The position numbers and the translations under genes were made by a program. A DNA stretch of 64,000 bases from Auanema rhodensis (Eukaryota > Animalia > Nematoda). Positions 47,502 through 61,361 of the stretch are shown in pieces. The notes beneath the pieces are model-generated. The model had not been told where the DNA came from and did no database searches. It worked only from the letters and a program-made list of their open reading frames with translations. Within the stretch, counting starts at the first letter, position 1. Each line of letters starts with the position of its first letter. The DNA is taken from positions 17,732,001 to 17,796,000 of the forward strand of contig OZ059896.1 in the NCBI GenBank assembly GCA_964057225.1. Reading direction: 5' to 3'.

Positions 47502-47947
47502 ATAATAAACTGATATAGACGTGCTTCTAACTGCGTAGTTTAATCAGTTTCATCAGCTAATGATTTTGTGCTTGGATAAAGATCTAGTTATTTGCAACGA
47601 ACTGCTAGACTAACAACGGGAAATAGCTAATAAACTGGTTCATATAAGCTAGTAAGACTAGTACTATATAAGAAAGAATAGCTCTTGTAGAAGACAGTTC
47701 ACTTACAACTACAATTCTTCTATTATAATCAATCTGATCTTTTAAAATATTTATTCTGTTTAGAGAATCTTCACAAACTTTACCAAAATTTGTTTTAAAT
47801 TTTCAAATTTAATCATAATTTTTAGAATAATTTGAATTACATATGAATGATATTACTATTTACTGAACATAATTCTCTCCATATCTCTCATTTCTTCTTC
47901 TCCTCTGCTTGATTTGCAGCACAACTTCTCACCTTATTCTTTTCAGA

Positions 47948-48835
47948 ATGAAGTTTATCCTCATCAGTCTCTGCCTTGTCGGCTTGTCATCTGCTTTCCT
48001 CTTCCCTATGGGAGACAGCGGATGCGGCTGCAAGCAACAATCTTCTTGCGGATGCAGTGCTCCACAACAATCTTCATGCTGTCCACCACCATGTCCACCA
48101 CCATGCCCACCACCATGCCCACCTCCATGCCCACCACCATGCCCACCACCATGCCCACCACCATGCCCACCACCATGCCCACCACCATGCCCACCACCAC
48201 AACCATCTTGCGGATGTGGAGCTCCACCACCACCACCAAGCTGCGGAGGAGGAGGTAAAACATAATATAATGAACTATATAATCACATGTATCATTGAAC
48301 AGGAGGAGGATGCGGAGGAGGATGCGGAGGAGGATGCGGAGGTGGATGCGGAGGACGCAAGAAGAGAGAGGCCGCTAACTTCATCACTCACGAGGATGCT
48401 TCCAAGTGCAACAACGAAGAACTCCGTCAAGTTCTTCTCAACGTACGTGCCTTACTCACTTCATAGTTTTCCGTTTCTCATACCTTGCATTTCCAGAACA
48501 TGAAGGCTGATGATGAACTCTCTCTCAAGGCCATCAAGCAAGCTCTCGGAGATGTCCATGACTACATCATCACCTGTAACTCCAAGCCATTCAACTTCAT
48601 CGCCAACGTTGACGACTACTGCTCCCATGAGAAGGAGGACCTTCACTGCACCATCCTTCGCATCAACGCCAAAGCCGAAGAGAAGGTTGAAGAGGTCAAG
48701 AGCACCGCTGAAGTCAACCCAGAAGAGGTCAAGACTGAAGAAGTTGTGAGTTTCAATTTTCTTTTTACGAGCAATCATGTATTACGTTTTCAGAAGGAGA
48801 CCAAGGAGGAAGCTGACCCAGTCAAGAAGAACTAA
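47948..48835 (+). CDS. Ground-like (grl) secreted protein, copy 2
   Basis: Near-identical to 40169-41080 but with (CPPP)x10 and a few clustered substitutions. Confidence 0.88.
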
Positions 48836-49007
48836 GGAAGCTCTCAACTTTCTCAATTAGAAACTCATTCGTAGTACAATAAATAATTCATCAATTTCCA
48901 TTGTTCTTACTATGCTTAGTAGTCGAATCGCAATCTCTAAAATCAAAAAAAAACAAATGCTGATGCAAATCATCTTTATTCTATAATCGTCTTCTTCATC
49001 GTTTGGT

Positions 49008-49906
49008 TTAGAGAAGGAAAGATCTATTTGGGCATGGACAGTATCCAGCGTCTGGTCCAACTGATCCGTCGGATCCTGGCTCTCCTGGTTGACCGTCACG
49101 TCCTGGTCCTCCTGGATATCCTGGAGCTCCTTGGTGTCCTGGTTCTCCAGCAGCACCATCGTTTCCATCTCTTCCTGGTTGTCCGGCTGGCCCAGCTGGC
49201 CCACGTTCTCCTTGAGCTCCTGGGGTTCCTGGGGCTCCTGGTCTGTAGCTGGTTCCTGGTTGTCCAGCAGCTCCTGGCTGTCCGTCACGTCCTGGGTGTC
49301 CTGGCTCTCCTGGGTGTCCTGGTTCTCCTGGTTGTCCATCAGATCCTGGATGTCCAGCGGCTCCTTGAGATCCTGGGTTTCCGGATGGTCCTGGTAATCC
49401 ACGTGGTCCAGCGGCTCCTGGAACTCCTGGTGGTCCAGCTGGGCAACGGATGCATCCTTGGCGACGTGGGTGGTATTCAACTGGTGGAGCATATCCTGGA
49501 CGTCCTGGAGTTCCATCTTCTCCTGGAGTTCCGTCCTGTCCTGGATGTCCATCATCTCCTGGTGGTCCTAAACAAGTATTAGATTGAGTTCACATTGAAC
49601 TGTGATAATGAACGCACCTGGTGGTCCATCTGGACAAGCAGTTGGTTGGAATCCACAGTTGCATTGCTCGAATCCTCCAGTGGATCTCTTCTTACGTCCG
49701 AAAAGCATTGGGACGGAAGAGCTTCCAGATTCAGTTCCAACAACACGTCCCCAGGTGTCATCAGCGACAGCCTTGAAGCGTTCCATATCTTGCTTCATCT
49801 CGTCTTGGAGATTGCTCATGTCATTGACGATCATATGAATGGAGATGAAAGCTCCGACAATGACCAGGATAGTACCGGCAGAAGCCGATCCGATGAAGAA
49901 CGACAT
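49008..49906 (-). CDS. Nematode cuticle collagen (intact)
   Basis: N-terminal TM segment, RKKR furin site, CNC...CPDGPPG, Gly-X-Y blocks, and C-terminal [16 protein letters not shown]. One intron at 49617-49568. Confidence 0.95.
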
Positions 49907-50026
49907 ACTGAAAATTAATTACAGTAAGACTAAAATGAGTATAAAATTAAAACTCTTCAAATATTTGGAAGTAATACCAATGCAAAGGCAATGATTTGAA
50001 TGATTGAAACAATGTTCAAGTCAGTC

Positions 50027-50034
50027 TATATATA
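50027..50034 (-). promoter_or_regulatory. Probable TATA-like box of the collagen gene
   Basis: TATATATAG on the minus strand, about 30 nt upstream of a TCATTC initiator-like site. A short 5'UTR exon and an intron ending TTTTCAG precede the ATG. Confidence 0.4.
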
Positions 50035-50264
50035 CCAGTACGTAGTAACCTGTTCCACCTGAAACATTTCTACTTTTTCATTCAAAATCTTCATTTTTCT
50101 TTTTTAATATCATGAAGTGAAACCTCGAGAGTATCACTATAGTTGATTCTTTTTTCTTTTTCAAGTAATTCGTAATGAGACCAATACTTTTAGTTTTTTT
50201 TTGTTTCTTCTAAATAAGTTACGATTCTTATTGAGGATTCCAATACATAGACTCCAGTGGAAAA

Positions 50265-50269
50265 GAGAA

Positions 50270-50324
<55 letters not shown>
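50265..50324. repeat. (AG)n microsatellite
   Basis: Direct observation. Confidence 0.95.
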
Positions 50325-50329
<5 letters not shown>

Positions 50330-51577
50330 TATAGTATATGAAATACTTCTTTTTTTATTCTTAAAAGATATAACTTAGATATTCTATATCTTTATAAACA
50401 TTTTTTTGATTCAAATTATTACTTTTGTTGTTTTCAATTACTAATAATTATTCTTTGATAGATTAAAACTTCTATATAAACTTCTGAATATATGGTCAGG
50501 AGGTTTCCATGTCTTTTGCCTTTTCCTTTTTCGTACATAGATAGAACGATAGATAGATCAATGAATTTTTTTCTGAAACAAAAAAACAGTTTCACTTAAC
50601 CGGACCGGAACAATAATGTCCAGTGTTCGAAGATCATCTTAGGTGTTACACCACCGCAATCCTTCTACTCTTCTTTATTCATTTCATTTCGTTAATCTTT
50701 TTGAACGAGCTTAAACAGTACTTTAGATTTGTCGTAAATATGTATTTGATGTATGAATACATGTATGTTGTATATGTATAGCTATTAATCCAGGATATTC
50801 AAGCCATAGATCATAGTTATCATTTTGATCGTATGGAGTTATAGCTTGAATCTTGAATAAGAATGAATGAATGATCATGTCTACGTTTTGAAGATTTTAT
50901 GTAGATTGTACAAGATGTTTAATCACAAATATAAATGAAATTGTAGCAAAAGAAATCGACAAAAAGTTCCTTTGCACATAAAAAAACGAAAAAGCGAGAG
51001 GGAGAAGTAGAGAGAAATTTTTTGTGCGTATTGATGATATTGATGCTGATGAATACTATTATAACACAAATATTTGGGATTTTTGTTTTGTTGGTCGAAG
51101 CCCCCAGGTTATATATTTTGCTTTTTCTTTAAGAATTTTTATGATTCAAAAAAAATATTATAAATAACTATCTATAATTACTATTTTAATTATAATAACA
51201 AGACAAGGTGAAGGAGGAAAAAAAATTTGTTCTGACTACAGGTGTAATTCTGTTGTTTGTTTCCTCTTTTTATTGAAGAAGAAGAATGTTTTTTTTTGGG
51301 TTCACAGATAGAAGAAACAAAATAATATTTGGAAATGATATAAATCACTTAGTAACATCGTTATAATCATTAACATGAATGAGTATCAGAAATAGATCAA
51401 CTTTGGCTGACTCAGAAGAAAAAGTAGAAGAAGACGTAGACGACCACCACGATGTTGCGGAAAAAGCAAACGTTGTAGATAGTAGGGCTCGGCGAAATGA
51501 TAATTATATGTTATCTGTCAAACAATGCATGCCCATTCTGTTTTCTTATTGATAGTTCTCTCAGAATATTGAAATAT

Positions 51578-52695
51578 TTAAAGAAATGTATCTAATCGCT
51601 TCTTCTGAGCTTCGCGAAGTAGACGTCGAGCTCGTAGAATCTGACGATTAGGAATGAATACGCAGCCCATTGGAGAGAAGAAACAGTTAGATGCCATTCG
51701 TCCTTCTAGTAGACGTTCGATTCGGCTGAAAACCATAATAAATTAGTTTTTTTTTTGAAATTTAAAACAAATTATATTTTTCCTCATTTAAAACTCTCTC
51801 TCTCTTTCTCTATTATTCTATTCGTTTTTTGACCAACTAGCAAACAGAATATGCTCAATTGAACAAATCTTTTCCAGTGATTGAGGTACTAAACGGTTGA
51901 CTTTTGTCAGAATTCACTAGTAAAGTTGGTAATGGTGGGTGGATTTTTTTGGAAAGAAATAAAATGTAAAACATAATAATATTTATTTAATAATCATATA
52001 TAATTAAGATTTAAATTGCAATCTTAATATTTAATTAATCAAATAAAAAAATATGCTTTAGCATCATATATAAAACTAAAATTATTATAATATTTAATTA
52101 TAATGTAAATATTATTTGAAAATATTGTAGCAGATAAATAAAAGTTATGATGATGATGATGATGATGATATACAATATGAACATCATTTAGTTATTTGAT
52201 TTCTTAATAAAATAACATATAATTATATGTATATTAAAATATACTATATATATTTATATAAAATTAATTAGAAATATCAATTTCTGACGTATGTCGATGA
52301 TTTTTTTCATTGAACTTAACACATTGTATGTCTTTAACATATTCATAATCCTAATCATAGATGCAAAAAATAATAATGTTATGGCTAACTAGAAGAGCAA
52401 TTTGTTTTTTTTTTTTGGGGTGGGAGAAAGTATTAAAATAAATTTATATTTTATTATATTATATATACATATAATAGCTTAAGATTTATTCAGCTTGTTA
52501 ATTAAAATATGCATACGTTATATGAAGATATATTTATATTTATTAGTCATTTTAATATTTAACTTTTGAAAAACTTGATAAAGTTTTATATTTTTATAAA
52601 AGAAATAACTTGAAAACAAACCTAGGTGCTGCTTGAACAGGGTCAAGAAAAATGATTGATGCAACAAGTACGAAAACTGCGATATGCCACTTCAT
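51578..52695 (-). CDS. Allatostatin-C/somatostatin-like neuropeptide precursor (73 aa, 2 exons)
   Basis: Exons 52695-52622 and 51725-51578, phase 2 (AG|gtttg...ttttcag|C). Product: MKWHIAVFVLVASIIFLDPVQA-APSRIERLLEGR-MASNCFFSPMGCVFIPNRQILRARR-LLREAQKKR-LDTFL*. The C-x6-C ring CFFSPMGC resembles AstC CYFNPISC. Confidence 0.8.
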
Positions 52696-52992
52696 CACCT
52701 GAATGATAATCAGTATGAATTTGTGAAAAAAATATAAAAGAATTGAGAAGAAAGAAAAAGAAATTTGAATTGAAAACCCAACGACAACAAGATAAAGGAT
52801 GTTTGATGATATAAGAGATGATGATTAGTGAAGAATGAAGAAGAGTTAGAAAAATTGTATTTGTATGTAAGACATCATAGGTCATAAAACATGACATGAA
52901 AACATTGAAAAAAAAGCTGTGATTATGTATTCTAATATATACATATAGTATATAAAGTTACTATCTAAACTAAACTAAACTAAACTAAACTA

Positions 52993-53034
<42 letters not shown>

Positions 53035-53775
53035 GTGTGTGTATATATACGTAAATGAAATATGAGTAGTTAAAGTACAAAATATATTCTTAAATTGAAT
53101 CTTTCCTTTTTATTCAAAAACAATGCCATGATACAGCTGGATAATGCATTGATATATAGGATGGATATATATATATAATATTATTAATATATAATACATA
53201 TAGTTAGTGTATATAGGTATACTATATTTAGACTATTATTTTAGATACACGAATGTCTATACTATATGATGATGATGGTAGGTAGTACGGCACTGACGAG
53301 GACGGCCACTACTACAGACAGCATCGACGTTGTCTGAGGAGAGGACAATATTCAATTACGATACACTTAAATGAATGGTTCTCTCTCTATTTCTTTTTTT
53401 TTCTGTTTTTCTCTCTCTCTCCATCTTTCTCTCTCTATCTATCTACCTCTCTCTTTTTCTCTCTATGCCGCTCAATCAGAATTGCAAACTGCAGCACTGA
53501 ACTTATGAATAATTTGAGATTTTGACGATATGCTTTCAATAGATGTCGTAATAGTCTGTTACCGTTTTGGAGTGTTTTCAGGTTGAAATGTAAAGTTAAT
53601 AGAAAGTCTAGAATAATAAACAGAAAGTCAAAATTCTGTGGAAAGTAGTATTTGGAATGGCATAATCAAGGTCCTCATATTATTATTTTTGTTCTGAGAT
53701 TTTAATATATTTTGTAGGATATATAGAAATAGTCATGATAATATATTGCACACGAGACTAAGAAACTTCAATACA

Positions 53776-53905
<130 letters not shown>

Positions 53906-56900
53906 TTCTCAAAGGGATATTCCCTCGGTTAAAGAGTATTTTAGGATAAAGAGTACGATGATCTTTGTCAATTGAGATGTAATTGTGATGAGGTAAGTTT
54001 AGGATTTAGAGAACAAGAATAGGAACAAAATTGAGACACAAACATCTACGTTTTTTCTTTCAATAATTCCTTTTTTACTGAAAATAATAGTTATATATCA
54101 GTTAATACAGATATAATAGTTAAATTTAAGCAATGAGGTAGTAAAGTATGCAAAATGGCTTTCATGTTATCGGTAATAGCTGAATATGAATTTCAAAAAA
54201 AAAAAAGACAAACGAGAGGAAGAAGGAAATCACGATTGAATGAAGGGAGTAAGAAGTTGGAGAAATGAAAACCTTTTTTCTGATAGTTAAACTAGATACT
54301 AAGAACTTGAGCTGTGAATTTAAATTTGAAAAATTTGAAAGAAATAAGAAATAACCAACTGAAATTCCCTATTCCAGTCATTTTTCTCTTTATGTAATAA
54401 AATGCCATTAATGGCTTTGCATTTCAAACATCAGATTTGTTCGGACATTGCTATACACCTTCAGAATGAAATGAGAAACAATGAAGAATGAGAAGATATG
54501 AAATTTTGAAGCAGAGAAAACGATAAATGAACTAAAGAAATTGTGAGAAAACAGAAGAATGAGGTGGGAGAGGGAAATCCGATGAACACAAAAGGAAAAG
54601 TGGGTGGAACAGTAGGGTGACATAGGCAATCGAGGCAAAAAAAAAGATTAGAAGGATAATATATGTTTGGTGATAATGAAAATTGAAGAAGAAAAACGAA
54701 GTAACAAGAAGAAGAAGAATATTCATTGAGAAAAGACATTCATCTTAACTGATTGCTCTCATTAAAACAAAGATTGTACTTCGATGCTAGAACAATGAAA
54801 TGTTATAGCAGGATATAATGAAATGTTGAAACTTTAAAGATGCTTTACAAATCATGAGGATACAGGAAGTAAAAGATAATATGACCATATGACTATATAG
54901 ATATATAGTACTTTATATATATAATCTATAAAAATCTTTAAAAAGATATATAAGAGTACTAAGTGATGTATAAGCACATACGTATACTATATATATAATA
55001 TATATCATATAAAAGAGTAAATAACATAATATATCTACATATGTATATCTTTAATTATATGAAATATTTATATTAATATAGTAAATATATTTATTTTTAA
55101 TCAAAATGTTAGAAAAATATATTTAGTTTTAATAATATTTTAATTTAGAATTGAAACATCTGTTACTGTGTATGTATATATATGTCTGTATATACATATG
55201 TATATGAGGGATATTGCACAAATGTTTTTGAATTAAAATTTGTGACAAAGGTGTTTAAAACAAAAAGTATTTAACAACAACATGTGATCTTGTGAAAAAA
55301 TGAAATAAAATATGCTGAAATAATAACATTTTTTAAGATTTTTTAAGCTTAAGCTTCACAGTAAAATATGCGGTCAGATCAAAGATTTTGTCTATACATT
55401 TGTGAAAAGTTACAGCATATCAAACTGGATAACTGATGGCTATAAGGTTGATGCTGATGACGATGTTACTGGGAGATAATAATGCTGATATTCACATTAT
55501 TTGTGTGAAAATGAGACAAGATGACGACACAAGAAATAACAATAATGAATGAATACTTTTGAAAAAGTATAAAGTACGTATTAATACTGTCAAGCGTTGA
55601 GTTGCTATGAGTTTTGCAGAAAAAAAAGACTTTTGTATTGTCATTATATGGTAGTTGTTTGAATTTTTAAAAATTCACATTAAAGACGAACATGGTTTGG
55701 TCGAAAAATAACAGCCTTTTAAGCATATTCTCTATAATTAGTTAGTTGGACTGGTTGAATAGACGACACTGAATTGAAGATAACTTATACTCTCTTAACT
55801 TGAATATTCAGCTTATTTCATATTCTCTCTGGATAGTTTTGTCCTTTATTCCAATGATGTATACAATGTTTATTTAAGTTTTTTAAAAAAATAGGAATTA
55901 TCATAGGTTAAGATATACTTTGGAAAAGAATTTCATTCATCATAGATTCTGATTCTTGTCAATCAACATGCAGATGATAAGAACAAAACGATGAATGTTC
56001 GGAAAGAGCACGAAAAGCTCAATAAACTTTTCTTCAATATGCGTTGACGATGAGAGCAGCATTTTTCCTTCTTTGTTTAAAAATAGAAAATGTTTTCTGA
56101 TTTTTCTTTTTTTTTCTTTTGTCTGATAAAGTTATAATTTTTTTGTTTAAAATTTCAAATAGAATGAAAACTTTCTGAGAAGTTAGAAATGAAGCTGAAA
56201 ATATTTGACATAAACATAACCGCCATGCACATCATTTTGAGATGAAAATGCTATTCTTAACAACGGATAGTAGGGAGTAGCATACTTGCATAGTACTCTC
56301 TGAGAGGGTAAAGTTGATGGTTCTAATGCTGAAGACTCTTGTTGTCTGTTGGAAACTACTAAGTGAATGAAATAGTAAGGACATCTACAGCCTCTGCTGC
56401 TACTGCTCCTGCTGCTGTAAGCCAAAAACTACAACAAAAACGAGATCAATGAAAATAAACGAAAATAACTATGACAACTTCACGAATAGCGATATAATTC
56501 AAATTTGAAATTAATCAAGAGGAGAGTAAAGGGGGGGGGGGTTGCTGCTTGACATAACGAGGATATGAAAGAAGTGAAAGGACGAACAAAACGAGGCAAA
56601 TGAAATATTATGTGTATATAGGTAAAATAGAATAAGAAAAAGAATAAAAAGAAAAAGAGTTGGAGTTTTAACATTGAAACATAAACATTTTTTATTCTTA
56701 GATAGTTATTGAGATTATGAATATTTAGGATTAAAATATTTGGAAGAGAACATACAGATAACATAAATTAACGTTTTCATTTTGAATGTTTGGTTTTATA
56801 GAAGAGAAAGCTATTAGATGAAGAGCAGCAACCTTTGTGAAATAATTTTTTTATTCGCTCAATTACTTGAATAACTGTTATCATTCAAATAATTTTTTTT

Positions 56901-57306
56901 TGGTTTTGCAACGAAAAAAAGAAGGAAATAATGGTTTTGATCTTTAATTACGTAATCCTTTTATATTTATATATAGTTATAGATTTAGTAATTATCATTA
57001 ACTCCACCCACCACTTTTGTCAACATACAAATAAACTTGCCGTAATTAACTTCGACATTCGAAAGATGATGCTTTTTGGAATTTTGAGATGAACAAATTG
57101 AAGAAATGTTAAGGTTACATCTCTCTTATTTCATGAATATGATGTGATTCAATTCACTTTATCGTGATGACAAGTCAATTTAAAATTAAATTTGTGTCAT
57201 TTAAAGCTTTTTATTGGCATTAAGCAGCATACCTTTTCTCAGCCTACTCATCTTCCTTCTTCACAACATTCAACTATTATGTATTTCTTTTCCGATCATA
57301 GTTACA

Positions 57307-57415
57307 GAAAGAGAACGAGAAAGAGAACGAGAAAAAGAGAGAAAGAGAGAGAGAGAGAGAAAGAGAGGGAGAGAGAGAAAGAGAGAAAGAGAGAGAGGGA
57401 GAGAGAGAGAGAGAG
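57307..57415. repeat. Imperfect (AG)n microsatellite
   Basis: Direct observation. Confidence 0.9.
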
Positions 57416-57991
57416 TTACGTTAGAGGAACACGTAATATGATGAAATAGTAGATCACATAATGACATACAAGTACTAAAGTTCGCATAGAAGCTACATCA
57501 GAATCTCTTTGTATGCAGCACTCTGTCAGTTTCACAAAATTTTCATATAAAATGAGGGTAAATTCTACCGTATCCTATATGAAAAAAACAAAAATTGTTC
57601 TTCTTTCTTGCAATTACAATCTGAGAAGAAGTTATAAATGAAGATTACTGGATATGATATTGGCTCTATGATGATGATCTCGACGAGTTTATCATTTCGT
57701 TTACCATCTACAGTTATTTGGTTGGTTTAATATAAATTATAATTCATTATAAGATGATTATAATATATTATAAAGAGACAAACAAGATAAATAGAAGCTA
57801 TTTTATGATATAAACATGAAGAAGAAACATTGGACAGGATTTTATAAATGCTATAACAATTACAGATTTTCTCTATTTTCTATATTATCCATATAAATTT
57901 ATTAATATATTGCGTATATCTTTAATTATTTATTTTTTTTGCAAAAAAAAAAGAAGAAAATGGAAGAAGATTTTGAGAAAAATAGAAAGAG

Positions 57992-58029
<38 letters not shown>

Positions 58030-58756
58030 AAAGAACATTTTGAAACATTTATTAAGAAGATTAGAAAAAATATCAAAAAATGTCTGATTATTTTTTTTCA
58101 TATTTTCTTGTTTAGAATGAAAACTTACCATCATATCCTTGTATACGTGGATATTATTCTCGAAGTTACCAGAAATCCAGAGTAAGCTCGAATGTGACAC
58201 TACAAGCTCTCAGCAGATTAACAAAATTCATCTAATTTTCTACAGTTTTTATTTATTTGAAAGATATAATCAAATGTTTCATTAAATGTATAATTTATTT
58301 TTGGAAAATAAATTATTAAATATACAAATATGAATATTATGTATTCAAGGGAAGATACTTGGATGTGTGCAACGGAAAATTGTGAAAGAAATTATCAGTT
58401 TAATGATATTTTTTTCAAAATTTGTTCTTTTATACCTTTATATTCTCTCTCTCTCTCTCTGAAACTCTTTTTTTATCTTTCTCTTCAATTTCATCGTGAT
58501 GTAATTGCTCAAGCGGATTATCATCCATTTTTAGTTTTGCTTTTTTTCTTGTTGTAGTGACCAGATGCAAGAATACGAAAAGAAAAAAAAAGATTTGTTG
58601 ATGTAACTATCTGTACTACTATGTTGTTTTCTTTGATTTCAATCAAGCATTTGTAATTAAGAATAGAAGGTAATATCATAATATTTAGATGAATTTTTAT
58701 CAGAAAAAGAATTTATTTCTAGTTTACAATGACACAAAAAACAATTATTTTCTGAA

Positions 58757-59746
58757 TTATTGCATGAAGCGGACAGACTCAGTACGAGCTGGGCATGGAC
58801 AATATCCAGCATCTGGTCCAATCTCTCCGTCAAGTCCTGGAGTGGCTGGTTGACCGTCGGATCCTGGAAGACCGTCAGTTCCTGGAAGACCGGCAGGTCC
58901 TGGAGTTCCTGTCTCTCCGTCTTGTCCGTCAAGTCCATCCTTTCCGGCTTCTCCGGCTGGTCCACGTGGTCCTGGAACTCCTGGTCTTCCTGGCTTGCCC
59001 TCGGTGTATTCGACTCCTGGCTCTCCAGCATCTCCCATTGGTCCTGGGCGTCCTGACATTCCTGGTCTTCCGTCAAGTCCTGGCTCTCCAGCATCTCCGT
59101 CGAGTCCTGGAACTCCTGGCTCTCCAGCGGCTCCTGGGATTCCGTCTTCTCCGGCATCTCCGACTGGTCCAACTGGTCCTGGTGGTCCTGGAGGTCCAGC
59201 TGGGCAGACAATGCAAGCCTTTGAGACCTAAAACGCTTGATAAAGAAAATGTATTGGTAAATGAACAAACATCATCTCCGAAGACAATCTGGTTTCCGCT
59301 GATTCCTTCACTACCTGGCTCTCCATCGAGTCCTGGAGCTCCTGGGGTTCCGTCATCTCCTGGAGGTCCTGGTGGTCCAGCTGGACATCCGTGAGATTGA
59401 GCTCCACAGTTGCATTGGTTGCTACTACGCTTGTTTCTGCCTAAAGCATTATTGTGATTATTATGAATCGCAACAGGAGAATACTGTACCGATTAAGGTG
59501 TTGAAGTTGAATTGCTCAGATGGGCGAGACTTGACAACAACCTCTCTCCAAGCAACATCGGCAACAGTCTAGAAGAAATAAGATTTAAAAGTATTGAAAG
59601 TGAAAGAATATTACCTTGAAATCAGACATACGATCCATGACATCATCATACATGTTGTTGATATCAACAACAATGCGTCCGATGCTAATGAAAGCACCGA
59701 AAACGATGACAAGAGTAGCAGCAGAAGCGATAGTACTGAAGCCCAT
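58757..59746 (-). CDS. Nematode cuticle collagen (intact, 4 exons)
   Basis: MGFSTIASAATLVIVFGAFISIG TM segment, RNKR furin site, QCNCGAQSHGCPAGPPG, CIVCPAGPPG, Gly-X-Y blocks, [20 protein letters not shown]. Confidence 0.95.
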
Positions 59747-60739
59747 CTGAAAAATATTTTGAATTGTTTGAAATATTATTAGAGAAGAAATAGAAGAAAT
59801 GAATGAAAGTATGATATTCAAAATCAAGCTTCCATCGCTTTATATAGAAGATTTGTGTGACCAAATTCATTATAAAACTTTATTCATAAAAACAAGTGAA
59901 ACCATTTCACACAGCACTTTCCCCGAAACATTATCTAGTTTGTAATAAAAAAATGCTTCAAGCGTTAAGTTTTCATCTTAAAACTTAAGTTTCAGATGTG
60001 CGTTTTTTGTTTTTCATCATCGTTAACTATTATTAAAGTTTTATAATGCATATCGTTCTTTGACGAAGCGTATTAGCATCCAAAACTATCATCAAACAAC
60101 CGTGTTTCAACGCTCTTCTCACCCCAAACTGATCTTTGTTGCTTACGCATAACAGATTGCTGACATGAACACAGGACTAAGCCATTGAAAAGGAAGATTC
60201 AGATTCCTTTTCTTGTAAAATGAAAGAAAAAAATTATATCTCTGCTCACGTATACCTTGGATAAGGAACAACATTTGAAATCAAAAATTATTTTAATCGT
60301 TGTCAGAGTAAGAAACAGATTTTCATTCTTCAAAATTTAAAAAAAAAGGGATTATTCATTATTTGATACCTGAATATGAAAAACTAACTATAACTATTAG
60401 TAAAATATATATAAGTTAGTATAAATTAGTATAAAATACCTAACTAACTATGTATAAATATTAAAATATTACTATAACATCATTATAACCTTTTGTGTTA
60501 TAGGTATAATCCAAACTTTTCATTTAATCAGATGAACATAGAAAAAAAAGAATTTTGAAAGAATACAACGTTTTGAATGGGATAATCATTATGATTGGGA
60601 TTAGATTCAGAAATTTGATCTGATGAGCCGGATCATAGAAACATAGTTTACTATAAATTTATATTCTCATTTTCATTTATAGTTATTTCTTCAAAAAGTT
60701 CAAACATTTTAATATTTTTTTTATTATTTTGGAATAGTA

Positions 60740-61302
60740 ATGAGAAATAGAGCAATCAGCTTTTTCTTCATTTATTTAATCTCAACTACACAATGTCAAA
60801 TGAAAAATCGGGATGCATTTGTGAAAAGAGTTATTAATCTTGATGTTAAACTTGCAACGAAAAATGAAATTAACAAGGTATAATTCATTAATTATACAAA
60901 TATATATCATTATTAACATTATTTATAATAGTTCTTAACATGTGTATGTCCATCTGTGCATGAATGTGGTTCAATTGTCCAGTTTGGTTCAGGTAAATTA
61001 CTGTTTTGTCTTTACATACATATCTTCATGTTTTTCCTTCTCTCTCTCTTTTATTTTAGATATCCTCAACTGTCTCTCTACTGCTGTGCCTGATGTTTAT
61101 CAAAATTTACTTTCAATGCTACCTGGATGTGAGATTTACCATTGATGTTTTCTTCTTTTTTTTTCAAGCAAAATCCTATTTTCAGTCGAAGGTTGTTTGC
61201 TTATGAGTTTGTCCACAACATTGGTACTGTCCGCCAAAGCAGCCTCTGTGATTCTTCCAAAAGTCACAAAAGTCTATAATCAGGTACAAAGCTTGTTTCC
61301 TT

Positions 61303-61361
<59 letters not shown>

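Larger units (their letters stand above)
39729..49760. repeat. Tandem segmental duplication: unit 1 is 39729-47501, unit 2 is 47508-49760
   Basis: Both units start AACTGATATAGACGTG and end CCAGGTGTCA. The junction has a 6-nt ATAATA filler at 47502-47507. Confidence 0.92.

Noticed and set aside
48857-49918. Long alternative-frame and antisense ORFs over the collagen (also over the grl genes and 58657-59394)
   Set aside because: These are shadows of GGA-CCA/Gly-Pro codon bias that lacks stops in other frames.
53290-53345. CTGACGAG plus a hairpin (CAGACAGC/GTTGTCTG) suggesting a hammerhead ribozyme
   Set aside because: There is no matching stem II followed by GAAA, and no cleavage-site stem.
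54134-54175. TGAGGTAGTA let-7-family seed match
   Set aside because: No complementary arm forms a pre-miRNA hairpin, and the 3' part does not match let-7 family sequences.
55582-55602. TAATACTGTCA match to the mir-236/mir-8 5' end
   Set aside because: Only 11 nt match, and there is no pairing 5' arm upstream.
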